NCBI GenBank assembly: GCA_030619765.1
Contig: JAUXAU010000005.1
Coordinates: forward strand, 795-64,794
DNA from: Thermoplasmatota archaeon
GTDB taxonomy: Archaea > Thermoplasmatota > E2 > DHVEG-1
DNA length: 64,000 nucleotides
Direction: 5' to 3'
Numbering within the stretch: the first letter of the stretch is position 1; every line of letters starts with the position of its first letter. The translations under genes were made by a program, and so were the position numbers. The notes beneath the pieces were generated by a model. It worked only from the letters and a program-made list of their open reading frames with translations, was not told the DNA's origin and did no database searches. Below are positions 48,616 through 60,200 of the stretch, in pieces.

Positions 48616-49935
48616 TCAGAAATTAAAATCTCGTTTATAATATCGTCTATAGGAAACACCTGTAGCAGCTGGTATAATACCAGAGAATTTTTTTGTAGTC
48701 ACCATAATTTTTGAAATCTTTTTCAACAAATTATATGATGAATAAAACTCCTTTGCTACCATCCTTGCACCTTCCAATAGCTCTTTTTCAGTCATGTTTT
48801 TAGGCTTAAAAACAACATTAACCTGATTATAGAGAGACCAATCCCTTGTAAGTATTCTTCCGTCCCGTTCAAGCCTATCAAACAATGGTGTACCAGGATA
48901 AGGAGTAAGAATATTTAACTCAAGGACATCCAAATCCCAGTCATTAATGGTCTCAAGCGTTGTATCAAAAATATCAGGCGTATCCTCATCAAATCCAAAA
49001 ATAATTCCACCCTGAATCGTCATATCATGGTCATGGACTCTTTTTATCATTTTTTTAAAATCCTTTACTTTGTTATGGGTTTTTTTAATATTGTTAAGTG
49101 CCTCTTGATTCACCGATTCAAAACCAACAAACCATTCAACACAACCTGATTTTCTCGCGAGTTCTAAAAATTCTTTATCAACTTTACCAAGAATATCAGA
49201 CGTGCCATTTGCCGCCCACCCTTTATGTATTTTCTGTCGAATCATCTCCTTAAAAAGCTCCATAGCATACTTTCGGTGTAACGTAAGATGAGGATCATGA
49301 AATATAAACAACTTATTCGGCATATTTTTTATTTCCTCAACAACAGCTTTAACCGGACGTTGCTTCACGACATTTCCACAAAAACTACTAATAGCACAAA
49401 ACTCACATCGATTAGAACAACCCCTTGTGGTCTGTAAGGCACCTAAAAACGGGTTATGCTTAATGAGATCTCTCCTTAGCGGAGGCACTATAGATATATC
49501 AAAATCATGATTCCTCTCATAAATTGGTTTTAATTTACCCTTCCCAAAATCTTTAATTACCTGAGGCCAACTAGCCTCAGCCATCCCCATAACAACACTA
49601 TCAGCATGTTGTCTCGCTTCCTCAGGCATTGCCGTTGGATGATATCCACCAAGGACAACAGTTTTCCCACGTTTTCTAAATTCATCAGCAATTTGATAAA
49701 CACGAGGAGCTGTCATCGTATAACAAGTTATACCAACTAAATCCACATCTTCATCAAAATCAATCGGATCATAATTCTCATTAATAATTTTCACTGAATG
49801 GCTCCTAGGAGTTAATGCGGCAAGATGCGGAAGGGTAATAATAGGATAGCCGGAAACTATCGTTCTCCATGACCCTCTATCCTTAAAGGTGATAACACCA
49901 TGTTCAATCCTTGGGAACACAAGTAAGATATTCAT
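48616..49935 (-). CDS. Cobalamin-binding radical SAM protein
   Basis: B12-binding VVLGGYHPT; TRGCSNRCEFC; GFES; TPYPGT. Confidence 0.93.
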   Translation of the reverse strand: MNILLVFPRIEHGVITFKDRGSWRTIVSGYPIITLPHLAALTPRSHSVKIINENYDPIDFDEDVDLVGITCYTMTAPRVYQIADEFRKRGKTVVLGGYHPTAMPEEARQHADSVVMGMAEASWPQVIKDFGKGKLKPIYERNHDFDISIVPPLRRDLIKHNPFLGALQTTRGCSNRCEFCAISSFCGNVVKQRPVKAVVEEIKNMPNKLFIFHDPHLTLHRKYAMELFKEMIRQKIHKGWAANGTSDILGKVDKEFLELARKSGCVEWFVGFESVNQEALNNIKKTHNKVKDFKKMIKRVHDHDMTIQGGIIFGFDEDTPDIFDTTLETINDWDLDVLELNILTPYPGTPLFDRLERDGRILTRDWSLYNQVNVVFKPKNMTEKELLEGARMVAKEFYSSYNLLKKISKIMVTTKKFSGIIPAATGVSYRRYYKRDFNF

Positions 49936-49962
49936 ACGAATTCAACTATTATTTCAATTTCT

Positions 49963-51255
49963 TTAAATTTGTAATTTTTCCCTTTTATAGAATGACCTCA
50001 TAGTTAAATTACCGCCAAATGTCATTATCGATTTTATCGGACCACGATTACGAGGGTTGAAACTCCGTTTTAAACAATTTTTAACTGAATAGAACTCTGC
50101 AGCGACCTCTCTGATTCCCTCAAAGAGTTCTTTCTCAGTCATCTTTTTTGGCTTGAAATTAACAGTACCCTCTGCATATCGAGACCAATCGTACGATGTT
50201 ATCCTTCCCTCTTTTTCCAGTCGTTCAAATAACCGTGTACCAGGATATGGTGTCACAATACTAAACGATACCTCATCTAAATCCCATTCATACATCGCCT
50301 TAAGTGTCTCACGAAATGTATCTGGAGTGTCATTATCAAATCCAAACATAAAGAATCCTACCACGTTCATCCCATGATCTCGGATTTTTTTAATAGCTTT
50401 CTCATAATTCTCCACTTTATTAGTTCGTTTTCCAGCTTGATTTATGTTTTCTTGAGAAATAGATTCAACGCCCATATACCATTTATAGACCCCTGCCTCA
50501 CTAGATATTCTTAATAACTCATCATCTCTTGATAAAACATTAATATTGCCAAAACAATGTAATTTTTTATTTAACGATGACATTTCTCGAAACAACGATT
50601 TTGAATAAGAAGGGCTAATTGTTAACGAAGCGTCTGCAAAAAATATGACTTTTGATTTAATGGTTTTCATCTCATTGATAATATGATCCACTAATCTTCC
50701 TCGGAAGCGTGGTCCTTCTACTTTTTGCATTGCACAAAATTCACATCCTGTTGGACATCCACGTGATGCCTGAATAGCCTCCATATAAGTATATATACCA
50801 ATGTCATGCCGTGCAGGAGGAATAAGTTCAGGTTCCACAAGTTTATCTGCTTTATAGAATGGTTTGAGTTTTCCATTTTCCAGATCTTTTAAAAGTTGAG
50901 GCCATGTAAGCTCTGCTTCACCCATTACTACGCTATCTGCATGCTGTTTTGCCTCTTCCGGCAATAATGATGCATGGTATCCACCAAAAACAACCTTCAC
51001 CCCTTGTTTTCTGAATACATCTGAGATTTCGTATCCTCGTAAAGAGTTATAGGTAAGACAGGAGATACCTATAAGATCGTAGTTTTTGTTGAAGTTAACT
51101 GTTTCATAACGTTCATCTACGATTTCTACCGCGTGTTCTCTAGGAGTTATCGCTGCTATTTGCTGGAGAGTCAAGGAAGGATATGAAAATTTAGAAAAAA
51201 AACTTCTTTTCACATTAGTATGAGGCATTATCAGCAGTATTTTCATAGGGCTCAT
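49963..51255 (-). CDS. Cobalamin-binding radical SAM protein, paralog
   Basis: VVFGGYHAS; SRGCPTGCEFC; TPYPGT. Confidence 0.93.
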   Translation of the reverse strand: MSPMKILLIMPHTNVKRSFFSKFSYPSLTLQQIAAITPREHAVEIVDERYETVNFNKNYDLIGISCLTYNSLRGYEISDVFRKQGVKVVFGGYHASLLPEEAKQHADSVVMGEAELTWPQLLKDLENGKLKPFYKADKLVEPELIPPARHDIGIYTYMEAIQASRGCPTGCEFCAMQKVEGPRFRGRLVDHIINEMKTIKSKVIFFADASLTISPSYSKSLFREMSSLNKKLHCFGNINVLSRDDELLRISSEAGVYKWYMGVESISQENINQAGKRTNKVENYEKAIKKIRDHGMNVVGFFMFGFDNDTPDTFRETLKAMYEWDLDEVSFSIVTPYPGTRLFERLEKEGRITSYDWSRYAEGTVNFKPKKMTEKELFEGIREVAAEFYSVKNCLKRSFNPRNRGPIKSIMTFGGNLTMRSFYKREKLQI

Positions 51256-51637
51256 CTTTCGGGATGTTTATACTGTATATTAACATTTTCCTGTTTAGAT
51301 TTTTTTATCCTTATATGTTGATATACCATTTTCTTGAAAATATCAGTAAATCTTCATGAAATATCTCCATATGATGTAAGCAACCATTTAAAATTTTCTA
51401 GATTGAAGAGAACAATCAAGGGAGATTTTTTTCCTAGAATCATTGTAATAGCATTCTATTGAAAACATTTTTTAATATCGCTCTTTTCTATCAGATTTTT
51501 CTTCGAAATGATTTTTTGGGTAATCTATCACTCTTTATTAAAACCTGCTCTTTAGGAATTTTGGTAATAACTGTAAAGAAAACTATTAATAATAAATATA
51601 GTGAAATAATATATAAAAATAAATAGTTTGGTGGAGA

Positions 51638-52927
51638 ATGAAAATTAAGCTAAAAAAGATTGATGCCGTAATAGTGGTAGCATTGATAGTAGTTGCAGGA
51701 CTTTTTTTGTATAGAGCAGGTTATATTTCTTTACCACTATTTGATGGGGAAGTTACTCCACCAGAAGACGGAAATGTAACGACTCCGCCACCAGAAATAC
51801 CAACTCCGCCAACTTCTTTTATACCCTCTTTCAGGAGAGATGTTTCACCTGAGGATGAGGGAGTGCATTATGATAAAATTCGTATATCTAGAGAATGGTG
51901 GTACTTTGGAGCAGTATTTAACGATGAGGATAGTGAATTAAAGGATTGGTCTGTGTCAATAAGCTTTAATCATATGGCTCTAGGTGATTTACTTGGAACA
52001 TTAAAACCAGATCTTCTAGTAGTCACATTACATGGCGAGAATGGAGAAACGTTTGGAGGTATGGTCAATAAAAAGAGGTATCTTGGAATTTTAAACTCTG
52101 GTACTCTTATGGCAAGTTCTCCAGGAGTAAACGTAGAATTTGAGGATTCGTGGGCTGAAGGCGAATATCCAAACTGGCATGTCCATGCCGAAGATAAAGA
52201 TATAGATAACACTCATGAAATTGTCATAGATTTAGATTATAAAACAAGTTCGCTCCCTATATGGACAATCGGTACTAGAGCTTTTGATAAATCAAAAAGC
52301 AGTATTGCAAATTATCTATTTACAGGATGTGAAGTTACTGGTACAGTAGAAATCGATGGCGAGGAATTTATAGTAAAAGGAACTGGACATCATGAACATG
52401 CGTGGTCTCCAAAAGCTGTAACAAAGGGATTAATCAATGGATGGGACTGGTTTCATGTGACATTGGACAATGGATGGAACATCTATGAAAGTAATTATTA
52501 TCCAACACCTCAGTTTGTATCTACTAAAACATCTAGAATAAACCCGTTTGGTACCTTACTTATAACCACGGATAATGGGGAGACTATGACAGAACTGAAA
52601 AATGTTGATCTAAAAATAACAAGAGAAGATAATAAGATATTTCCGTTTGTAAGAATGCCAGCAGATTTCAGTATAACTGCAAAACCTAGTTTAAATCCCA
52701 TTTATGTTATAAGTCAATCATTATTGTATGGAACAAACACAAAATTGGATGTAAATATTGAAATAGAAAATTCATACAATAAAGTATGGAAATTTCCTAC
52801 CTATGTGGGAATGAAAATTGGAGCTTGTGTGATTGAAGGCACATTATCGTGGTCTGATGATGAAGGTGAACATCAAATACCCATAAATGGAATAGGTGTT
52901 TCTTGGAGTATGCGTGCGTTGTTATAG
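51638..52927 (+). CDS. Membrane-anchored CrtC/AttH-like lipocalin-fold protein
   Basis: N-terminal TM plus Pro-rich linker; DEGVH...EWWYF, GHHEHAW, GWDWF. Confidence 0.7.
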   Translation: MKIKLKKIDAVIVVALIVVAGLFLYRAGYISLPLFDGEVTPPEDGNVTTPPPEIPTPPTSFIPSFRRDVSPEDEGVHYDKIRISREWWYFGAVFNDEDSELKDWSVSISFNHMALGDLLGTLKPDLLVVTLHGENGETFGGMVNKKRYLGILNSGTLMASSPGVNVEFEDSWAEGEYPNWHVHAEDKDIDNTHEIVIDLDYKTSSLPIWTIGTRAFDKSKSSIANYLFTGCEVTGTVEIDGEEFIVKGTGHHEHAWSPKAVTKGLINGWDWFHVTLDNGWNIYESNYYPTPQFVSTKTSRINPFGTLLITTDNGETMTELKNVDLKITREDNKIFPFVRMPADFSITAKPSLNPIYVISQSLLYGTNTKLDVNIEIENSYNKVWKFPTYVGMKIGACVIEGTLSWSDDEGEHQIPINGIGVSWSMRALL

Positions 52928-52931
52928 TCTT

Positions 52932-53315
52932 TTACTTAATTTCAACAGTTCCATTATCAGCATCTAATAATACAGTGTCCCCATCTTTTATTTTTTCAAT
53001 TTCTATTTGGTCAACACAGGGAATCCCTGCCAAAATAACACCCGTCGCTACTATTGTTTCTGTTTCCTTATTAATGATTCCACTTGGTGCAACCCCATTC
53101 TTCTTTAACCCGTAGATAACATACGATCCAACTGTCGAACCCTTACCACATGGAAAAACAAGTATCTTATCTTCTACAGATCTTCCCTCCAGCGGGTGGC
53201 CTTTTTCGATAACGATGCCAGTTTTTATATCTATTCCACCATAGAAACCAATAGGCTCCTCTGAAACAATAGCTACGCTCTCGATTTTTCCAGGGGATAT
53301 CATTCTTCCCTTCAT
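52932..53315 (-). CDS. Phosphomevalonate dehydratase small subunit (AcnX swivel domain, DUF126)
   Basis: GGID..TG...GHPL...GKGSTVGS. Confidence 0.92.
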   Translation of the reverse strand: MKGRMISPGKIESVAIVSEEPIGFYGGIDIKTGIVIEKGHPLEGRSVEDKILVFPCGKGSTVGSYVIYGLKKNGVAPSGIINKETETIVATGVILAGIPCVDQIEIEKIKDGDTVLLDADNGTVEIK

Positions 53316-54496
53316 AATTGCGCCTCTATTAGCTTGTTTATATTTGCAAAAACAACTTCCTGTTTACAAAAGCCTGGCAAATAATTTGCCGCTTTACCGG
53401 AGTTTACACCTGTGGTTTTATATCCCATTTTCTCAATAGGTGAAACAACCATGCAAGTATCAGCAACAACGTAACCTCCAGCCTTCTCGATTATTTCGGT
53501 GAAACCCATTCTATCTGCTGCCTCTTTCATCATTCTTGAAGTACATATCCAAATGGGTTTCTTCAAACGTTTATCTTTAAGCTTGCCTGCAAGCGTTGAA
53601 ATCTCCCTAAGAGATGCATGCGGACATCCTAGAATTACAACATCTGGGTCTTTACCAGAATTCAGTTTCTCATAGGTTTCATCAAGTTCTCTTTTTCCAA
53701 CGTTTATTGTTTCCAAACCATTTTTTTCAACCAGATCCGCCTCCGGCGTTAATTCCTCGACGTGATACAATGCAACTGCTCCTGAGGCAGCCATCGCAGC
53801 ACCAAGTGCCTTTAACTGATCTGTGTTTGCATTTTTTATTCCTATAAAGTACGGAATCTTATTTTTAACCTGCTTACCAACAAAATAACCAAGAGCACCA
53901 AAATCAGCATTAAAGTCCAAGTCAGCGTCCACCTTAACTTTAATGTTAGGTTGACGTTTTTCCCAGAGATGCAATCCATAGTTTGGTGTTCTATTGCAAA
54001 TAGCAGCAGCAAGAGCAGAAGGTCCCCCTTCTCTATTGGTTCTTGCTCCAATTACTGAATTAGAAAATGAAACCGCAGAAGATTCTGACCAGGCTATATG
54101 TTCTCTAAAACGTGGTAAATTACCAGCAAGATACGGTGTACAGGTAGAGGTGACTACAATACCCATGTTTTTGAATGCATCCATTATCCTCAGCTGATTC
54201 TTTGCAAAATCTTTTGGAAAACCTATTTTCTCCCAATTCTCAAGATCCATTCCTGCAGGATTGAGATAGGTAAGTACCTTTACCTTGGCGCCTTTTGATG
54301 CCATGTCTTCTAAGAACTCTATACCTGGATCACTAATGGATTTGTAAGAAACACCTGCAACCTGAACAGATCCTACAGGTATCATCTTATCAGCACCGTA
54401 TATCTCTCCCAATCGTACAAGTAGCCTAAACAATCTCTCTTCTACTTCCCCTTCATCGCCATCAAGAATTTTCTCTTCTTCTTTAGTTAAATACAT
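53312..54496 (-). CDS. Phosphomevalonate dehydratase large subunit (aconitase X)
   Basis: GVSYKS, TCTPY, WSESSA...GARTNREGG, GCPH, DTCMVV. Confidence 0.93.
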   Translation of the reverse strand: MYLTKEEEKILDGDEGEVEERLFRLLVRLGEIYGADKMIPVGSVQVAGVSYKSISDPGIEFLEDMASKGAKVKVLTYLNPAGMDLENWEKIGFPKDFAKNQLRIMDAFKNMGIVVTSTCTPYLAGNLPRFREHIAWSESSAVSFSNSVIGARTNREGGPSALAAAICNRTPNYGLHLWEKRQPNIKVKVDADLDFNADFGALGYFVGKQVKNKIPYFIGIKNANTDQLKALGAAMAASGAVALYHVEELTPEADLVEKNGLETINVGKRELDETYEKLNSGKDPDVVILGCPHASLREISTLAGKLKDKRLKKPIWICTSRMMKEAADRMGFTEIIEKAGGYVVADTCMVVSPIEKMGYKTTGVNSGKAANYLPGFCKQEVVFANINKLIEAQL

Positions 54497-54804
54497 TTCT
54501 CTAACTCCTTACAATTTTCAACTAATTTCTTGATATCATCTTTTGTCGCACTATCTATATGAATACCACCGATTACAACTACCTTGGTGCCATATTTCTT
54601 ACATGCTGTCTCGGCAATTGGTTTTAAAACAATATCGTCGTAATGCCCTGCTAAACGTATGATCTGAGGTTCTTTATTTGGTTCGCAGAAAACAATTCCT
54701 CCAATATGAGATCGTTCACCTCCACCTAGAATATAGAGGAGATCATCACCAATCTTTTTCTCCTCAAGCCACACTTTGAATTTACCATCACCTGAGGTAA
54801 TCAT
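54487..54804 (-). CDS. LpdD-like protein (putative prenyl-FMN chaperone)
   Basis: GGERSHIGG...GHYD...GGIHID; lies next to ubiD. Confidence 0.65.
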   Translation of the reverse strand: MITSGDGKFKVWLEEKKIGDDLLYILGGGERSHIGGIVFCEPNKEPQIIRLAGHYDDIVLKPIAETACKKYGTKVVVIGGIHIDSATKDDIKKLVENCKELEKCI

Positions 54805-56098
54805 CTATATCAACTTTTTTGTATCTAACAACCTCATATTTACTTTTATCAACATGAGGTGGAATCGTTGCATCAACGCCTATCTTTGTCGTGAGAGTTT
54901 TCTTCCCCGCTTCATGTTTACCTGAGGGATCAAGAGAGCTACCCGGTTGATCGAGTTTTATAATCAAGTCCTTATCACCCTGAAATCTTGTTGCAATAGC
55001 CCATTCAATGGCATTTGGATTGTAAATGTCAACATTCTCATCAACGATGACCACATGTTTCATACTTTTATGACCATTAAATGCAGCTTCAATAGCTTTT
55101 TTCCCATCATCAGGATGCTTCTTCTCTATCTGAACAACACCATGAAGCCATGAACCACCACCCATTGTTACAAGCACATTTTTACAGTTTACTACTTTAC
55201 TTACTTCGTTATAAATTGTTGGTTCTTTTGGCATACCCATGAGCATTTTGTGTTCCAGCCTACCAGGAATCAACGCTTGATACATTGCATCCTTTCTATG
55301 TGTTATACAATCAACGACAAAAACAGGCTCTTGTCGTTCAAAATCCCTTGTTTCAGTAAGGTCAACAAAGGGACCCTCGCGATCGAGCTCCTTCGTAAGT
55401 CTTCCTTCTATAACGAATTCTGATTCAGCTGGAACTTCAAGATCTTTTGTTATACATTTAACCATGGGTGTTTTATCAAGAGCATTTGCTATGGAAAATT
55501 CATCAACACCGGAAGGCGGTCCAAGTGAAGCTGCAATCATAACCGCTACAGAGTTACCAATACATACTGCCATCTCTAGATCTCCCTCGAGTTTGTCGTA
55601 AGTGGTACGAGTTTGCCTATTTTTAATGAGACGCGCAGTGAATTTGTTTTTACCAATTTCCATTAAACGATGATATGACACGTTTCTACCAGTATCAGGA
55701 TCTTTTATCGTTGAAACTGTAGCCGAGGCATATCTGCCACCATCATCATCTAAATGATAGAGAAGTGGGATTTTACTTAGGTCAGGATCTTTTATTATCA
55801 CTTCTTGACATGGCGCTTTATCTATTATCTCTGGTTCTTTTGGATTGCGAAGCGATTCAACAAGGCTAAACAAAAGTTTATCCTTAGTTGTCCCAAGACC
55901 TTTGGCAATAACATCTCTATTTGAGGTAATACCACTAAAAACCTGGAAATCAAATCCTTTAACATTCTCAAAAATTACTGGTTTTTCATTAAGAGAATAC
56001 ATGATATTTGCTATTTCATAATTTGTAGATACTTCTTTTTTTATACGTATCAATTTATTGTCCTTTTCAAGTGTGGATAGAAAATCACGAAGATTCAT
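54788..56098 (-). CDS. UbiD-family anhydromevalonate phosphate decarboxylase
   Basis: NVSYHRL, EFVIEG, EGPFVD, EWAIATRFQ, GSSLDPS; in operon with mvk and AcnX genes. Confidence 0.9.
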   Translation of the reverse strand: MNLRDFLSTLEKDNKLIRIKKEVSTNYEIANIMYSLNEKPVIFENVKGFDFQVFSGITSNRDVIAKGLGTTKDKLLFSLVESLRNPKEPEIIDKAPCQEVIIKDPDLSKIPLLYHLDDDGGRYASATVSTIKDPDTGRNVSYHRLMEIGKNKFTARLIKNRQTRTTYDKLEGDLEMAVCIGNSVAVMIAASLGPPSGVDEFSIANALDKTPMVKCITKDLEVPAESEFVIEGRLTKELDREGPFVDLTETRDFERQEPVFVVDCITHRKDAMYQALIPGRLEHKMLMGMPKEPTIYNEVSKVVNCKNVLVTMGGGSWLHGVVQIEKKHPDDGKKAIEAAFNGHKSMKHVVIVDENVDIYNPNAIEWAIATRFQGDKDLIIKLDQPGSSLDPSGKHEAGKKTLTTKIGVDATIPPHVDKSKYEVVRYKKVDIDDYLR

Positions 56099-57048
56099 TA
56101 CTCGATACCGCCCCGGGATGCACCTATTACTGTCTTCATGGTTTGAAATCCCTCTTTTTCAATGGCATTTGTCACCTTTTCTTGCAGTTCTTTACCTGGC
56201 GTCAAAGCGATCATGTTCCCCCCTAAGCCGCCACCGGTAAGTTTCGATCCAAGAGCACCGTGCTCTCGTGCAACATTTACAAGAAAATCAAGTTCCCTCG
56301 ATGAAACTTCTATCTGTTGCAATAGTTTATGATTTTCATTCATGAGCTTTCCAACTTCTTTATAGTCCCCCTCACGCAAAGCTCTTTTTGCTAAATATGC
56401 TATATTTTCAGTTCTATCAAATATCTCCTTATATTTCTCAGGGTTTTTCTCTTTCCTCTCTCTAACACCAGCAACTGCAGCAGATGTGTTTGCAACTTTG
56501 CCAGTATTACCTATTACGATTTCAATGGGGTTAGAGATCGGGATTTTTTCTATGATATTATTTTCTCCTTTTTGAAACCAAATAAGCCCTCCATAAGTTG
56601 ATGCGGTGTTGTCGACTCCTGATGGAGTACCGTGATATCCTTTCTCTCCTTCATATGATATATCATTAATTTCGTCATCTGATAGATTGAGGTTATAATA
56701 ATCTGAGAGGGCTCTCCCAATTGCCACACACGAAGCTGCACTGGCACCGATGCCGCTTGCTGCATAAAGATTTCCATTCAACGTAATTTTGATTCCATTT
56801 TTGGACGTGTCAATGCCCATTTTCTTCAAAATTCTATTAATGGAATCATATTGTTGGTCAATTTTTTCTTCTTTGTAATTCGGGGTTGCATTCCGATTAT
56901 CTTCTAGTATTAACGTAGGTTGATCATATGGTTCTATTTTAGCAACCGTATATTTGCCTATTGCAGTAACAATTGATGGTATCCCATATACTACAAAGTG
57001 CTCATTAAATAAAATGGCCTTCCCAAAGCCGATGCCTTGACCTTTCAT
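56098..57048 (-). CDS. mvk: Mevalonate kinase
   Basis: GKAILFNEHFVVYG, SGIGASAA, HGTPSGVD, KLTGGGLGG. Confidence 0.93.
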   Translation of the reverse strand: MKGQGIGFGKAILFNEHFVVYGIPSIVTAIGKYTVAKIEPYDQPTLILEDNRNATPNYKEEKIDQQYDSINRILKKMGIDTSKNGIKITLNGNLYAASGIGASAASCVAIGRALSDYYNLNLSDDEINDISYEGEKGYHGTPSGVDNTASTYGGLIWFQKGENNIIEKIPISNPIEIVIGNTGKVANTSAAVAGVRERKEKNPEKYKEIFDRTENIAYLAKRALREGDYKEVGKLMNENHKLLQQIEVSSRELDFLVNVAREHGALGSKLTGGGLGGNMIALTPGKELQEKVTNAIEKEGFQTMKTVIGASRGGIE

Positions 57049-57241
57049 AATTATCCCATTGATTATCTCAAATTTTTTGGTTACAACATTAAATAGGTAT
57101 ATTATTTTTATGGAATCGAATGTCTTGCAGTTGTATGTGGAGGAAAGGAAGGTTTATTCCCATTAATCCTTAAGCCTGTTAGTCGGCGATGTTTTTTTCA
57201 AAAATTATAAATTATATTTATTAATGATCATCTAAACACAT

Positions 57242-60200
57242 TTATTGTGTATGTCGAATAAGTTCCGTTTTTCTAGTTTCTGTTAAAGAAAGAAGGAAAC
57301 CAATAAATCCTTTAAGAACGGTTGTAATTAAAAAACCCATTATGGATAGAACAAAAATTTTTTCTCCTTCTATTGAAAAAAAAGTTGAAAACAATAAAAT
57401 CGCGGTATATTCGCGAACTCCTAGACCAGCGAAAGAAATCGGTATAAAACCTGCAGCATTAGCAATAGGATATAACAAAAGAAAATAAAGATAAGGAATG
57501 TTCAATCCAAGTGCTAAGACAATGATATATTCCTGAGTAAAGATAATGATCCAGGTAAAAGCCCCTAAAATAAGAGGGAAAATTAATCTTTTTATACTTG
57601 GAAAATCCTTGTAAAATGTATCAATAAATCTATTAAGATGATTTCTTAATTTTTTTGGGGTGAAATACCTTACAAGAGAATACAAAAGTTTTTCTCCTCT
57701 TTCTTTTTTAATGAAATATAAAAGTATTATGCTCAAAATAATAATCCAAATGACGGTTATATAGAATAATTCGGGGAATAATCCAATAATTATTAACCCT
57801 CCGATAACCATCATTATATAAAGAGAAAGTGTACGAATTACTGTATCAATAAATACATTTATAAAAAGTTTACCATAGGGTTCCCCAGTATATTCTTTCA
57901 TGTGAGGGACTTTTATGAGTTGGCCAATATATCCTGGTGAGATGGTTCCGTAAAAATATCCTATTAAATGTATCTTAAGAGATCGAAAGTAAGGAATTTT
58001 TATTTTTTGCTCCTTTTGAACTAATTGCCAGGCATAGTTTCTAATAATCAGAACAGGAATTGTTAGAAAAACTGAGATAATTATATATGTTGGTGGAATT
58101 GAAAGAAATGCATCAATTATTTCTCCGACATCTAAACTATAAATGAGAAAAATGAATATAGTAATGCCAATAAATGGAAGAATTTTTTTGGCTTTGTTAA
58201 AATTTTTTTTCGACAATAGTTTGACTGATAAAAGATTTCGCTTAAAATTTAATATCACAATGATTAAGATAATAATCGCCGATAGAATATACAAATAAAA
58301 TCCAATGGCGGGCCCCCAACTGCAATACAACGCTTCATACGTTCCTTCTCCCGGTATAACAATATTAACGTTTCCTTGCCCAATAAAATCACCGACATCT
58401 ACTTTTGCAAACTCAGACATTGTAATCGAAAACAATACAAGTGAGGCAACCAAGATTAAACCCGCAGAAGAGGTAGATAGCAATGAAAACCGTTTTTTAC
58501 CATATCGATTGAAAACAATACTCACAATTAAGAACAGACAACTGACAATTGTTAATAATGGTAGAACACTCATAACATGTACGAATATCTCTGGGAGATA
58601 CTCGATCTCTCCACCAATAACATTTTGTGAGACAGTTAAAGTGACAAGATTTACGGGATGTAAAAACATACTGGTTGTTGTTTCTACATTAGAAACGGAA
58701 CCATGTAGTATCCACCATGGGCTTATAGTTGATATGATTGCTAGTGTTATTGCGAATATTTTCAGGAAGGATTTGATTTCTTTTTTTCTTAGGGTTAGAT
58801 ATGTGCCTATTAATAAAAAAATTGCAGAAGAGCATATTATGATAATGGGAAAAATCGGCTCTTCTGTTGTTATTAGATTAAAAGTTCTTTCGCTAATAAC
58901 GTTGATTTTTCTTTCGCTTATTAAATTCTCATCGAGATAAACTTCGGCTTTGTAGTTTCCCGGTGGTAGTGAAAATTGCGAAAGACCTTTTTCGCTACCA
59001 TTTTTTTGTACTTTGTTACCTTCTCTTATTATCATTATATTTGCGTCTTTTAATGGAGTGCCTCTAGAATTAAATGTATATACTTTTATGTTAAATTCAG
59101 CTGGAAAAACAAGATTAATCTTTTCATCTGAGCTAATTTCTATGTTTTGTTCTTCTGAAAATGATTTATACTGTAAGTTAAGTTGGTAATTAGCTGGAAT
59201 TAGATTTGAAAAAAGAAAATTACTTGCCGGAAGTTTTTCTGCAGATATTACTGTCGGTTCAGCCATTTCCTTGCTAGTAAGAACTGGATTGAGATCAATT
59301 TCTGGGGGTAATCCCCAGGTATCTAAAATTTTTAATGTAAGATGATATCGTTCAATATTCATTGATTTTTTTATTGGAACTACGGTTCTAATGCTCCTTA
59401 ATTTTACAGGTTCCTCATGTATTACAAAACCATTGTATAATACCTTAAGATTGTAGCTACTTAAAATACTGGATGGTGCTTTTATTAAAGCTTGACCATT
59501 ATCATCAGTGATGCTTTTTGATATGGGGGTATCATCCTTTAATAAAATCACTTTTGCATCTTTTACACCTTCTTCGTTCTGATCAAATACGTTAACGTAA
59601 ACAGACCTCTCAGGTTTACAAAAAACACGTGTTTTAGTGTCTTCTTGTACGTCTACAATTGTAAATCCTATGTATTTTCTATCTTTTCCAATTGTAGGAT
59701 TTTCTTTGTAGATTTTCACAAGATATCTACCGGGTTCCAGATTTTGGAACCTTAGTTTTTTGAAAAATGTAAGATTTTTCCAGTCAAAGATTCCTAACGC
59801 TAATTTGATTTTCTGAATAAGCGTTGTATCATCAAAACTTGGAAGCGGATTTGTCGATATCCGTCTGGCTATTCCTGTTGACATGATGTTTTCATTATGG
59901 TATAATTCTGCGCTGATGTAGGATAGATTTTTACCGGTTAGCACGGATAGAGGGAATCCCATTGGAACTGATGGTGCTATGTGGAGAAATATTGTTAGGG
60001 AGTAGGTTTCTTTTTCTTTAATGTTTTCTGTGATTTCTTCTATTTTTGATGGTCTAATTTTTGAGAGTTTTTGGAATATGTCTGCTTCCTGTTTTACGGC
60101 TTGGTAGCCTCCAATCTCGGTAGAGAAAAATTCTACATCGAACTCTACGGTAAACCCTTCAGAAATTTCAAGATCATGGGGATATCCTTTTTCATAGGAA

